Positions 8,140-15,894 of a stretch of DNA of 62,098 nucleotides are shown piece after piece. Position numbers and translations under genes: made by a program. Position 1 is the stretch's first letter. Every line of letters begins with the position of its first letter. This DNA comes from Candidatus Omnitrophota bacterium (lineage in GTDB: Bacteria; Omnitrophota; Gorgyraeia; JABMRN01; RBG-13-46-9): positions 1-62,098 of the forward strand of contig JAMXCZ010000002.1 in the NCBI GenBank assembly GCA_024542975.1, in the 5' to 3' direction. The notes below the pieces were generated by a model. It did not search any database and was not told the DNA's origin. It saw nothing but the letters and a program-made list of their open reading frames with translations.

Positions 8140-8997
8140 ATGTCATTAAAAAAGCAAAAAATAGGCGAGATTCTAGTAGCAAACAATTTTATTACCGATA
8201 AGGTTCTGAAAGAGGCGCTTGCTTTTCAACGTAAATCCGGCGTTAGAGTAACCGAATATCTAATCAGAAGGGGCCTCATAAACGAGAAGGACCTTGTCAA
8301 ATCCCTCACGCAACAGTTCGGACTTCCTTTTCTTCCTTTGGGTGCGTACAAGATACCGGACGAAGTAATTAAAATGATATCGCCCGAGCTTGCAAAAAAA
8401 TATTTAGTGGTGCCGATTGACAAAATACAGGATGTTCTAAGCGTTGTCATGGCCAATCCCTTCGATCGGGGCGCGATTAACGCAGTCGAAAAAGCGACAG
8501 GCTGCTGGGTGCAGCGATTTGTCGGCATTTTTTCGGATATCCAGAATGCCCTGCATACGTATTACAAGCTTGCCGCCAAGAAACCGGCGGCATCCAGGGC
8601 AAAAATATCCTCGTATATTTGCGCTGATGGCTATGAAGGCATTGAGCGCCGCAGGACAATCAGGCACGATGTCGAAATAGATATCTATTTCTCCACATCG
8701 ACCTGTTACAAGAAAGCCGAGATGGGAAATTTAAGCGCGAAGGGAATTCTTTTAAAATGCAATTCCGAGCCGTCTACGCCGCATACAATACTCCAGATCG
8801 AACATCCGAGAAAACTATACCCCGATCCCCTCCTGATCCTTGCAAGGATTATCAGAATTATCCCATTGGAAAATCACCGTTTTGAAGTCGGGATAGAGTT
8901 TGCGGAAATAATAAACGGCGATGCCAAATCGATATTCAAATATATAAAAGGGATTAAAGAATACGGGGATAGTAAAAAAATGGCGTATAAATTCTGA
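8140..8997 (+). CDS. T2SSE_N/MshEN-like domain fused to a PilZ domain (putative c-di-GMP receptor)
   Basis: The N-terminus KIGEILVANNFITDKVLKEALAFQ fits the MshEN motif RLGxxLLxxGLIxxxxLxxxLxxQ except for G->N. The C-terminus has the PilZ signatures RRRTIRH and GNLSAKG. Confidence 0.65.
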   Translation: MSLKKQKIGEILVANNFITDKVLKEALAFQRKSGVRVTEYLIRRGLINEKDLVKSLTQQFGLPFLPLGAYKIPDEVIKMISPELAKKYLVVPIDKIQDVLSVVMANPFDRGAINAVEKATGCWVQRFVGIFSDIQNALHTYYKLAAKKPAASRAKISSYICADGYEGIERRRTIRHDVEIDIYFSTSTCYKKAEMGNLSAKGILLKCNSEPSTPHTILQIEHPRKLYPDPLLILARIIRIIPLENHRFEVGIEFAEIINGDAKSIFKYIKGIKEYGDSKKMAYKF

Positions 8998-9006
8998 GGC
9001 GATCAT

Positions 9007-9321
9007 ATGATTCGGGAAAGGCGCTCTGAAAAACGCGTGAAGGCTCAGGTAGCCGTGCGAATACCCGCATTTGGCATGGCGCTGCGGCATCCGGTCAACA
9101 TATGCCCGAGCGGGCTTTCAGTCATATCAAGCGTATTCCTGGATGTCAACCATGAATTCGATATGGAACTTATAGTCCAGGGCAAGGACTCAATATACAC
9201 GAGAGCCAGGGTGATGTGGATAGATCCAAAACGTAAAGGCGCGGGTTGTTACAGAGTCGGCATGAAATTCATGGACCTGGGCCCGGAAGACAAGAAGCGC
9301 CTACAAGCAGACCTTCAGTAA
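9007..9321 (+). CDS. stand-alone PilZ domain protein
   Basis: RERRSEKR ... NICPSGLS (RxxxR and N/DxSxxG motifs), 104 aa. Confidence 0.6.
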   Translation: MIRERRSEKRVKAQVAVRIPAFGMALRHPVNICPSGLSVISSVFLDVNHEFDMELIVQGKDSIYTRARVMWIDPKRKGAGCYRVGMKFMDLGPEDKKRLQADLQ

Positions 9322-9383
9322 AGAATTAGGGACGGGGCATTTGGTGAACTCTGGCCTGTCCCTATATCCCACGCATATTTTGC

Positions 9384-9412
9384 TTGGGATTTATTATTTT
9401 ACGGGGTATAAT
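9384..9412 (+). promoter_or_regulatory. sigma70-type promoter, TTGGGA-17-TATAAT
   Basis: It shares the core CGGGGTATAATTCA with the promoter at 11300-11328. Confidence 0.5.
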
Positions 9413-9432
9413 TCAAAAAAGGAAAAAAGATA

Positions 9433-9990
9433 ATGAATGAAACACACCACTATGTAGTAAATCATTACTTCGAAGAAAATCCCTCGGGCCACTGCGCTAA
9501 ATTATACGATGAGCTGAAGCATAAATATGGCGTGACAGTCATCTTTGAGCCGGGATCCCCTGGTGATAAAGCAGAACTTCTGCCGGATGTCAGGATTCGC
9601 GGAGAGGTTATATACCTATGCGAAAAAAAATGGGTTATTAAACTTAATGGGCTCGAAGACCCCGATATTGACAGGGTTATTTCGCATGAGCTTTTGCATA
9701 TCGCGCTCAGGTATAGAAACCGCCTGCCTTACGCCGACACGGAAAAGCTTACGAAGAACCAGATAATCGCTCTGAATGCGGTAGAAAACAGAATTATCGA
9801 GCCTGCGTTGAATAAAATATACGGCCAAAAAGATCACACTGAGTGGGGAGATGAATACGAGGAAATATTGGGCAAGATGCGCCCGTATTTGAGCGAGATA
9901 AGCGGCGTGATAACGAGGGATAGGTATCTTGAAGTCCTCGGCGAATGCTTGAAAACGTGCGGCGAATCTTTGCCGCCGTTTCTTTTGTAA
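9433..9990 (+). CDS. hypothetical protein with an HExxH (HELLH) motif, possible metallopeptidase
   Basis: ISHELLHIAL is the only recognisable feature. Confidence 0.4.
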   Translation: MNETHHYVVNHYFEENPSGHCAKLYDELKHKYGVTVIFEPGSPGDKAELLPDVRIRGEVIYLCEKKWVIKLNGLEDPDIDRVISHELLHIALRYRNRLPYADTEKLTKNQIIALNAVENRIIEPALNKIYGQKDHTEWGDEYEEILGKMRPYLSEISGVITRDRYLEVLGECLKTCGESLPPFLL

Positions 9991-10054
9991 TGAAGCTCCA
10001 GTACCGGTAGGGCAGGTTTAAACCCCCCCTACCGGTACTGGGGCTTCATTTTTC
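9991..10054 (+). terminator. strong rho-independent terminator (22-bp stem, one mismatch)
   Basis: TGAAGCTCCAGTACCGGTAGGG-14 nt-CCCTACCGGTACTGGGGCTTCA followed by TTTTT. Confidence 0.8.
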
Positions 10055-10092
10055 CTTTGACCTTAATTTTTGCGCGTAGTATAATTGACACC

Positions 10093-10470
10093 ATGAAGAA
10101 GAAAATTTTGATAGTGGATGATGAAGAAGATTTTCTAAATACTACGGGGCCCATACTGAAAAATGCCGGATATGAGATTATCCAGTCTTCAAACGGTAAA
10201 GATGCCGCAAATCTGGCGAGGAAACACAGGCCGGATCTTATCCTTCTTGACATAAACATGCCCGGAATAGACGGCAGCCGTACAACGGATATCCTGAAAA
10301 ATGACGATTCCACCAGAAATATCCCCATAATATACCTCTCGGGCCTTCTTAAAGAAGCAGAGATAGAGGACGGACACATTACGGGAAGCAAGGTAGGGGA
10401 CGTCCATTTCATCTCAAAATCCCAAACGCCAAAGAAGCTCCTGGAAGCAATCAAAAAAAGTATCGGATAA
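10093..10470 (+). CDS. single-domain response regulator (CheY-like receiver)
   Basis: MKKKILIVDDEEDF...PDLILLDINMPGIDG...K. ATG 10093 is preferred over the upstream alternative start in the ORF track. Confidence 0.85.
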   Translation: MKKKILIVDDEEDFLNTTGPILKNAGYEIIQSSNGKDAANLARKHRPDLILLDINMPGIDGSRTTDILKNDDSTRNIPIIYLSGLLKEAEIEDGHITGSKVGDVHFISKSQTPKKLLEAIKKSIG

Positions 10471-10472
10471 AA

Positions 10473-10712
10473 ATGGAAGAGGGGAAAAAAGAAACCAAAT
10501 GGTATTTTAAGACTTCGTGGCTTGTGATTTTATTTCTTTCCATCGGGCCGCTTGCTTTGCCGCTTGTCTGGATCAATCCGGGATTCAGCCGGAATCGAAA
10601 GGTAATCATAAGCGTTATCGCTATTGTTATTACCTATTTCCTGTCCGTAATGTTTGCCGGCGCGGTTAAATCTATAATGAGTTATTATCAGGAGCTCCTT
10701 AAGCTGATTTAA
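10473..10712 (+). CDS. small membrane protein (2 TM), hypothetical
   Basis: 79 aa with two hydrophobic helices, tightly spaced after the receiver gene. Confidence 0.45.
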   Translation: MEEGKKETKWYFKTSWLVILFLSIGPLALPLVWINPGFSRNRKVIISVIAIVITYFLSVMFAGAVKSIMSYYQELLKLI

Positions 10713-10719
10713 CACCGGT

Positions 10720-11211
10720 TCAATAGACACTTATCCCTGAAGCACTTTCTTCCTTTCCTTGCTCAAGGGCCCTCTCTTCCGGCCAGCCGTCATATTCGTT
10801 TTCTTCGGTAGTTTCGCTTGCGGCTTCGTCCGTCTCCGCGCTTTCGGTTTGGGCCGCTATCTCGCTCTTCAGGTTTTCGATCTCTCCACTTAACCCGGTT
10901 ACTTTATTTTCCATTGCTTCAAGGCGGCTTTCCATCTCCTTTAGCCGCCTTGCTGCAAACTCTTCCGTGCTTTCTATAAAATATTGCCCGCCCTGCTCGT
11001 AAACCTTGGCGCCTTCCGGTATCAAAAGGTTGATGCCGCCAATTTTGCGCAACTCCATCCCGGGCTTTACGGATATGTTCTCTTTGCCGCGCCTGTATGT
11101 CTTAAGCGCACTTTTCTCGTAAGTCCGATATTCTTTGCTGCTTTCCGCGCAAACTGTTTGTGCAGTAAATGTGAATGCCAGTATGAAAAACAAACCATAA
11201 AACTTTTTCAT
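10720..11211 (-). CDS. secreted coiled-coil protein with an acidic tail, hypothetical
   Basis: Start at MKKFYGLFFILAFTFTAQTVCA (signal peptide), preceded by GGGGG. The ORF-track start at 11256 was rejected. Confidence 0.5.
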   Translation of the reverse strand: MKKFYGLFFILAFTFTAQTVCAESSKEYRTYEKSALKTYRRGKENISVKPGMELRKIGGINLLIPEGAKVYEQGGQYFIESTEEFAARRLKEMESRLEAMENKVTGLSGEIENLKSEIAAQTESAETDEAASETTEENEYDGWPEERALEQGKEESASGISVY

Positions 11212-11299
11212 AACCCCCACCGCCTTCCAAACCCAATTATACCCCCAAACCCGCAAAATAAAAGCAAAAATGGGTCTGACCCCTTTTTGCTTTTTTAAT

Positions 11300-11328
11300 T
11301 TGAGATTTTGGGATTTACGGGGTATAAT
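11300..11328 (+). promoter_or_regulatory. sigma70-type promoter, TTGAGA-17-TATAAT
   Basis: It shares TTTACGGGGTATAATTCA with the 9397-9415 region. Confidence 0.5.
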
Positions 11329-11350
11329 TCAGGGGAGTGAGGGGTGCGTG

Positions 11351-11464
11351 ATGCCGAGGGAAAGGATTACGCCGAGGCAGAAAAACCTGTCGAGGCTTCT
11401 GAGAGAACGAAAAAAAATATATAAGAGTAAACTTAAAACCGCTAGGAGGAAATCCGCAGAATGA
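11351..11464 (+). CDS. very basic 37-aa ORF (hypothetical)
   Basis: MPRERITPRQKNLSRLLRERKKIYKSKLKTARRKSAE. ATGA overlap with the next gene. Confidence 0.3.
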   Translation: MPRERITPRQKNLSRLLRERKKIYKSKLKTARRKSAE

Positions 11465-11826
11465 AAAAATCCGTGAAAATTATACTGCGAGAGGCGCTTG
11501 TCATACTGGGGTTTCTTGCCGTGAGCGTTTCAATATTGTATGTATCCTTAGCCCATCCTCCGCTACCAAAACCCGTCACATACACGCTTCCGGGGAAGAC
11601 CAGGCTGGATATGCCCCTTGCGGGGTATGATGCGGAAGACCTCGTGCCTGATTTTATAACGGGCGCGGTTTACCGCCGGACGGAAATGGACGCGGTGCAT
11701 AAACAACGCGCCGGGATAAGCGGGTTAGCCGCGTCAATCATTTCTATCGGTTATCCGCTATACCTTCTTCTCTCGCTTATTATGTGGATGCTGAAACGTT
11801 TTCGAAATGGAAAAAATAAGGTATGA
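11461..11826 (+). CDS. membrane protein, hypothetical (2 TM)
   Basis: 121 aa with N- and C-terminal hydrophobic helices. It overlaps the next ORF. Confidence 0.5.
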   Translation: MKKSVKIILREALVILGFLAVSVSILYVSLAHPPLPKPVTYTLPGKTRLDMPLAGYDAEDLVPDFITGAVYRRTEMDAVHKQRAGISGLAASIISIGYPLYLLLSLIMWMLKRFRNGKNKV

Positions 11827-12817
11827 AGTAGACCCGCATAACAGGCTCGTTGTTGTGCGGTCCGGCCGGAGGGCGCGCCTTTCGAGATTCCGAAAAGTCT
11901 TGTCCGGGCGTTTCAGGATCGGCAAAAATAACGCGTTATCCTACCATATAAAATCACCCGTTCATCATGGCGCAAATATTCCCCACCAGGTAAAATTCAA
12001 GGGCAAATGGTCATTGACCAAAAATCACAACTTGCGTCTCACACTTAATAAGTGGGGCCGCCGGACCTTCGGGGACAGCTTGACGATCAAGGGTGACATA
12101 ATATCCGCCAATAAAAATTCCATATTGTTTGCCGTTACGTCAAAGACAAAGGAAAATACACGCTCGATCTATGTCCTGGATCTGAAAGGCGCCTGGCAGG
12201 CCGATAAGTCAAACCGCCTTACCTTCAGGGTAAAAAAAGAAAAAGGAAAACATGATATCCTGACATTTGACGGCGTATGGAAAGTGGATAAAAATTACCG
12301 GGTAACATACAGCTACGAAAGAGCGCATCTTTTGCGCAAATCCAAAAAAATGCATACCATAGTACTCCAAGGGCATTGGGACATAAAAGATAAGTCGCGC
12401 CTATCATATGTATTAGATAGAAATACGAATTCGGCATTCAATTTCAAAACAGGACTTGGCTTCTTCAGTGACAATTACATAAAATACGAGGTAGGGATAA
12501 GATTGTCGGAGAGGCGCCGGCCGGTAAAGCGTAGCATCACGTTATATGGGGTGTGGAAAATCAGAAAAAACACCGGATTAACATTTGAAATAAAATATGG
12601 GGACAAAAAAATCCGCGCAATCACTTTTAGAGCAAATGCTTCCTTTGCAAAGAACGGTGCGGTATTCCTGAGGCTCCGGAACGAACTGGGTAAAGACATG
12701 GGCGTTAGCATTAAACTATCCCGCAAAATTCTAAAAGGGGAAGGCGAAGCATTCCTGAAAGCGCTCCGGTCAAAACGTGAATCCAATTTTTTTGTAGGCG
12801 CCGGCGGCGGTTGGTGA
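11807..12817 (+). CDS. basic repeat protein of unknown function (about 9 degenerate repeats)
   Basis: The block 'h.h.G.W.h...N.L.F.h' recurs. Examples: KFKGKWSLTKNHNLRLTL, LDLKGAWQADKSNRLTFRV, LTFDGVWKVDKNYRVTYSY, VLQGHWDIKDKSRLSYVL, TLYGVWKIRKNTGLTFEI. Confidence 0.6.
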   Translation: MEKIRYEVDPHNRLVVVRSGRRARLSRFRKVLSGRFRIGKNNALSYHIKSPVHHGANIPHQVKFKGKWSLTKNHNLRLTLNKWGRRTFGDSLTIKGDIISANKNSILFAVTSKTKENTRSIYVLDLKGAWQADKSNRLTFRVKKEKGKHDILTFDGVWKVDKNYRVTYSYERAHLLRKSKKMHTIVLQGHWDIKDKSRLSYVLDRNTNSAFNFKTGLGFFSDNYIKYEVGIRLSERRRPVKRSITLYGVWKIRKNTGLTFEIKYGDKKIRAITFRANASFAKNGAVFLRLRNELGKDMGVSIKLSRKILKGEGEAFLKALRSKRESNFFVGAGGGW

Positions 12818-12826
12818 ATTCTGATT

Positions 12827-13378
12827 CTAAGCTGCGGGAGGGGAGCTAACCGTAAGGATGAGCGTATCGATTTTGGCGGTATTGGAAAATGCGTGTTCGA
12901 GCGAAGCATCGAAATAAACACTATCACCTTGTTTGAGGTTGTATTTTTCTTTCCCGATCTTTGCCTCAATCCTGCCTTCGAGGACGTATATGAATTTTTC
13001 AACACCGACCCTGCGCTTATTATCCTTTATCTCGCCGTTTTTTCCTATGCGATTTAAAACCGGCATCATGTGCCTGCCGGAAATTGCGTCCGTAAGCATT
13101 TCGATAGCGTAACCTTCCGAACGGACAAAAGGCTTATTCGAGATTTGCTGTTTTATCAACGACACTGTTTTGGTTTCGTCCTCGACCTCGCGATAAAAAT
13201 CAGCAAGGGATATCTTAAGCGTCTTGCATATACTGATATGCGATTTAAGGGTCCCCGGCATTATATCGTGTTCCATGCGGCTCAAGGTGGCGATTTGCAC
13301 CTCGCTTTTTTCCGAGAGCTCCTTGAGCGTCATTTTTCTTTCTTTGCGCAGCTGTTTTAGGCGTTTTCCGATTTTCAT
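12827..13378 (-). CDS. XRE-family HTH + cupin domain transcriptional regulator
   Basis: N-terminal IGKRLKQLRKERKMTLKELSEKSEVQIATLSRMEH, and a C-terminal cupin (G..K.NLKQGDSVYFDASLEHAF.N). Confidence 0.75.
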   Translation of the reverse strand: MKIGKRLKQLRKERKMTLKELSEKSEVQIATLSRMEHDIMPGTLKSHISICKTLKISLADFYREVEDETKTVSLIKQQISNKPFVRSEGYAIEMLTDAISGRHMMPVLNRIGKNGEIKDNKRRVGVEKFIYVLEGRIEAKIGKEKYNLKQGDSVYFDASLEHAFSNTAKIDTLILTVSSPPAA

Positions 13379-13514
13379 TTTATCCTCTATTAAACCATTA
13401 TAGTATTTATTTCGCCAATGTCAATACCAACTTGACAGAAAATCAAGGCCTCTCTAACTTGACAAAATGTGCGCTACAAGGCATACTCGATTTAGAGGAG
13501 GCTTTGACGCACAA

Positions 13515-13769
13515 ATGGCCGGCAAAAAACTTGTCTTATTATGGGTTTATCTGGTTCTGGTGTACTTTCAAGGCGCGCTCCCGCTGGATTTGGTGTCCGG
13601 CCCTGTAAAGCCCCAAGAGGGGCGTCTAGAGGCTTACGCCGAATTCCAAAAACCCCACAATTCACCCACGCAAACAGCCCTTTCCGAGTTCATAATAAGC
13701 ATCCTCGCGAGTAAAAAAATCGAAGAAATAACCTTCTCAAATCCAACCCCGATTTTCACTTCCCCGTAG
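13515..13769 (+). CDS. possible 84-aa membrane or secreted protein; the locus could instead be a structured RNA
   Basis: MAGKKLVLLWVYLVLVYFQG... has a hydrophobic N-terminus. AGGAGG lies 13 nt upstream, which is long spacing. There is no homology signal. See findings. Confidence 0.3.
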   Translation: MAGKKLVLLWVYLVLVYFQGALPLDLVSGPVKPQEGRLEAYAEFQKPHNSPTQTALSEFIISILASKKIEEITFSNPTPIFTSP

Positions 13770-13789
13770 TTCAAAAGGGGGACGTCCCC

Positions 13790-14344
13790 TTATATTAAAG
13801 TTGCCTTGTGGAGAACGGAATAGATAGGGCCCTTAGGGGTGAGAGTTGATTGAAAAAGCGTGATGTGATTTATTTGAGAGGTTACGGGCCGGACTTCAAG
13901 TGACAGGATTTTTTCTTTTAACGCGTCTTTATTCTTGCCGGATTTTACTCTGCCCAGAGTGAGGTGGGCGCTCATGGGGCGCTTTTCTTTGGGGAAGCCG
14001 ATTTTTTCAAGTTCTTCTTCCGCGGAACTTGCTATTTTTTCTACTTGAGCGCATCCTTTGTCTATCCCTACCCATAAGACGCGCGGACGATCCAGGCCCG
14101 GGAAAGCGCCGGGCCTGAAGAGGCTTATTTCAAATGCCTTCTCACCCGAAGAAATGCGGGTGAGGGCATTCTTGATCTCATCAATTCTACCTTCCTCTAC
14201 GTCCCCGAGAAATTTAAGCGTCAAGTGTATGTTCCTCGGCGCAACCCATTTAACGTCAGCATCCACCTGCCCGAGCTTCCCCTGAAGCCGCTCGAGTTCC
14301 GCTCTGACCGCATCCGACAACTCCAATGCTACAAACGTTCTCAT
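13790..14344 (-). CDS. thpR: RNA 2',3'-cyclic phosphodiesterase (2H family, LigT/ThpR)
   Basis: Two HxTx motifs, HLTLKFLG and HLTLGR, in 184 aa. Confidence 0.8.
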   Translation of the reverse strand: MRTFVALELSDAVRAELERLQGKLGQVDADVKWVAPRNIHLTLKFLGDVEEGRIDEIKNALTRISSGEKAFEISLFRPGAFPGLDRPRVLWVGIDKGCAQVEKIASSAEEELEKIGFPKEKRPMSAHLTLGRVKSGKNKDALKEKILSLEVRPVTSQINHITLFQSTLTPKGPIYSVLHKATLI

Positions 14345-15579
14345 ATTGTGGCGCGAATCAGGTTAAGCGTTGCGGTGGATGCAAGCTGTTTTATGTCTTC
14401 CCGGCTTCCCGCAAATCTGTACTTTTTTACCATCGTTATTTTGTTACCCGCTATCGCGATGTAGACCAGGCCTACGGGTTTTTTCTTTGTTCCGCCTGCT
14501 GGGCCGGCGATTCCCGTTACCGCGGCGCCGATATGCGCTTTCGACAGGCTTTTTACGCCTTTTGCCATGTCGTAAGCAATTTCTTTTGAGACGGCGCCGT
14601 GCTTTTTTATTTTTTCCCGGGATACGCCGAGTAAACAAGCCTTCGCTTCGTTTGAATAGCAGACGGCGCCCATTTTAAAATATGCGGAACTGCCGCTTAC
14701 GTTTGTTATTCTGTTTGCTATAAGCCCGCCGGTACAGGATTCGGCTACGGCGAGCGTTTTCTTCTTTTTCCGGAGCAGAGTTCCCAGCGCTTGTTCAAGG
14801 GTATCGGAATCTGCGCCATACACGTGATTCGTGAGCCGGCGCCGTATTTCCCTCTCTATTTTTCGTATCTGGCTGTGGTGAGCTTTTTCATTGCCTGCTT
14901 TAGATGTTATTTTTAGATCAACCTCGCCGAGTCGCGCGTATATCCCGAGAGCCGTGCCTGTCCCTGCGGAAAAGAGGTCTTTCACTATTCTATTTACTTC
15001 TGCCTCGAGAAGGCCGGTCACTTTTATCGTTTTTGTTTTTATCGTCTGCTTTCCGGCGATACTTTTTTCCCTGAGATAGGGTATTATTTTTTCCTCGAAG
15101 ATCGGGATTAATTCCCTGGGCGGGCCCGGGAGCGCTATTACGGGTTTTCTTCCGTAATAGACGAGAATAGCGGGCGCGATGCCTACGTTATTCTTAAACC
15201 AGCGCGCGCCGCGCGGGATTTGCGCCTGCCTCAATGCCTCTTGCGGCATTTTTACGAGGCCTCTATTTTTGAAGTATCGGGTTACGAGCTTCGCTATGTC
15301 GTTATTTACGACGAGCGGCTTTGAGGTTACGCTCCCGATCGCATAAAGGGTGATGTCGTCTACGGTGGGCCCGAGCCCGCCTGTGGTGAGCACGATGTCG
15401 GAACGCGAAAGCGCTTCCTCAAGCGCGGAAACGAGCCTGGCAGGGTTGTCGCCCACGGTGGTGTGGCGGTCGAGTTCGATCCCGAGGAGGGCAAGTTTGC
15501 GTGAAAGATATGCCGTGTTTGTGTCTACGATCTCCCCCTGAAGAATCTCCGTCCCTATCGAGATAATTTCCGCGCGCAT
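14341..15579 (-). CDS. cinA: competence/damage-inducible protein CinA (MoCF + PncC nicotinamide-nucleotide amidase domains)
   Basis: MRAEIISIGTEILQGEIVDTNTAYLS...; C-terminal LAVAESCTGGL. Confidence 0.9.
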   Translation of the reverse strand: MRAEIISIGTEILQGEIVDTNTAYLSRKLALLGIELDRHTTVGDNPARLVSALEEALSRSDIVLTTGGLGPTVDDITLYAIGSVTSKPLVVNNDIAKLVTRYFKNRGLVKMPQEALRQAQIPRGARWFKNNVGIAPAILVYYGRKPVIALPGPPRELIPIFEEKIIPYLREKSIAGKQTIKTKTIKVTGLLEAEVNRIVKDLFSAGTGTALGIYARLGEVDLKITSKAGNEKAHHSQIRKIEREIRRRLTNHVYGADSDTLEQALGTLLRKKKKTLAVAESCTGGLIANRITNVSGSSAYFKMGAVCYSNEAKACLLGVSREKIKKHGAVSKEIAYDMAKGVKSLSKAHIGAAVTGIAGPAGGTKKKPVGLVYIAIAGNKITMVKKYRFAGSREDIKQLASTATLNLIRATI

Positions 15580-15621
15580 GAGAAATATTATAACGCGCGC
15601 CCGAAATAAAGCAAGAGCAAA

Positions 15622-15710
15622 AAAGTTTTCTAACCTGGTTAGATTTGCCGGGTTAGAAGGTTTTAGAAAAGTTTTCTAACCCGGCAAATCTAACCAGGTT
15701 AGAAAACTTT
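15622..15710. repeat. perfect 37-bp inverted repeat with a 15-nt spacer, in the cinA/recA divergent region
   Basis: Arm 15622-15658 (AAAGTTTTCTAACCTGGTTAGATTTGCCGGGTTAGAA) is the exact reverse complement of arm 15674-15710. The repeat contains six TCTAACC-type half-sites. Confidence 0.9.
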
Positions 15711-15764
15711 AAAATAAAATGCAGCAAAACGGGCTTTCCTGTGTCTATACATATGAAGGGAGGT
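15708..15764 (+). promoter_or_regulatory. conserved 57-nt element, copy B, followed by a 6-codon mini-ORF
   Basis: TTTAAAATAAAATGCAGCAAAACGGGCTTTCCTGTGTCTATACATATGAAGGGAGGT, then ATGGGAACGAAATGGGGGTGA (15773-15793). Confidence 0.6.
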
Positions 15765-15790
15765 GGTGAAAAATGGGAACGAAATGGGGG

Positions 15791-15819
15791 TGAAAAGTGT
15801 TTGCAAAAATGGGGTTGCA
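15791..15819 (+). promoter_or_regulatory. recA-proximal sigma70-type promoter, TTGCAA-17-TATAAT
   Basis: Hexamers at 15791-15796 and 15814-15819, about 75 nt upstream of the recA ATG. Confidence 0.55.
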
Positions 15820-15894
15820 TAGGTATAATATATAGCTTATATTATACTAAATGTGTGGTGTGCAGTTTTTTCAAAATAAATAGAGGAGGGCGCT

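Noticed and set aside
11260-11296. 11-bp A/T-rich hairpin AAAAGCAAAAA/TTTTTGCTTTT considered as a terminator.
   Set aside because: It lies in a divergent promoter region, upstream of both flanking genes, so it cannot terminate either one. It is AT-only and probably weak.
13467-13514. The 100-aa version of ORF 13467..13769.
   Set aside because: The first ATG lies immediately after the -35 box, inside the predicted promoter, and has no SD. Only the internal start at 13515 has an SD, and even that is kept at low confidence.
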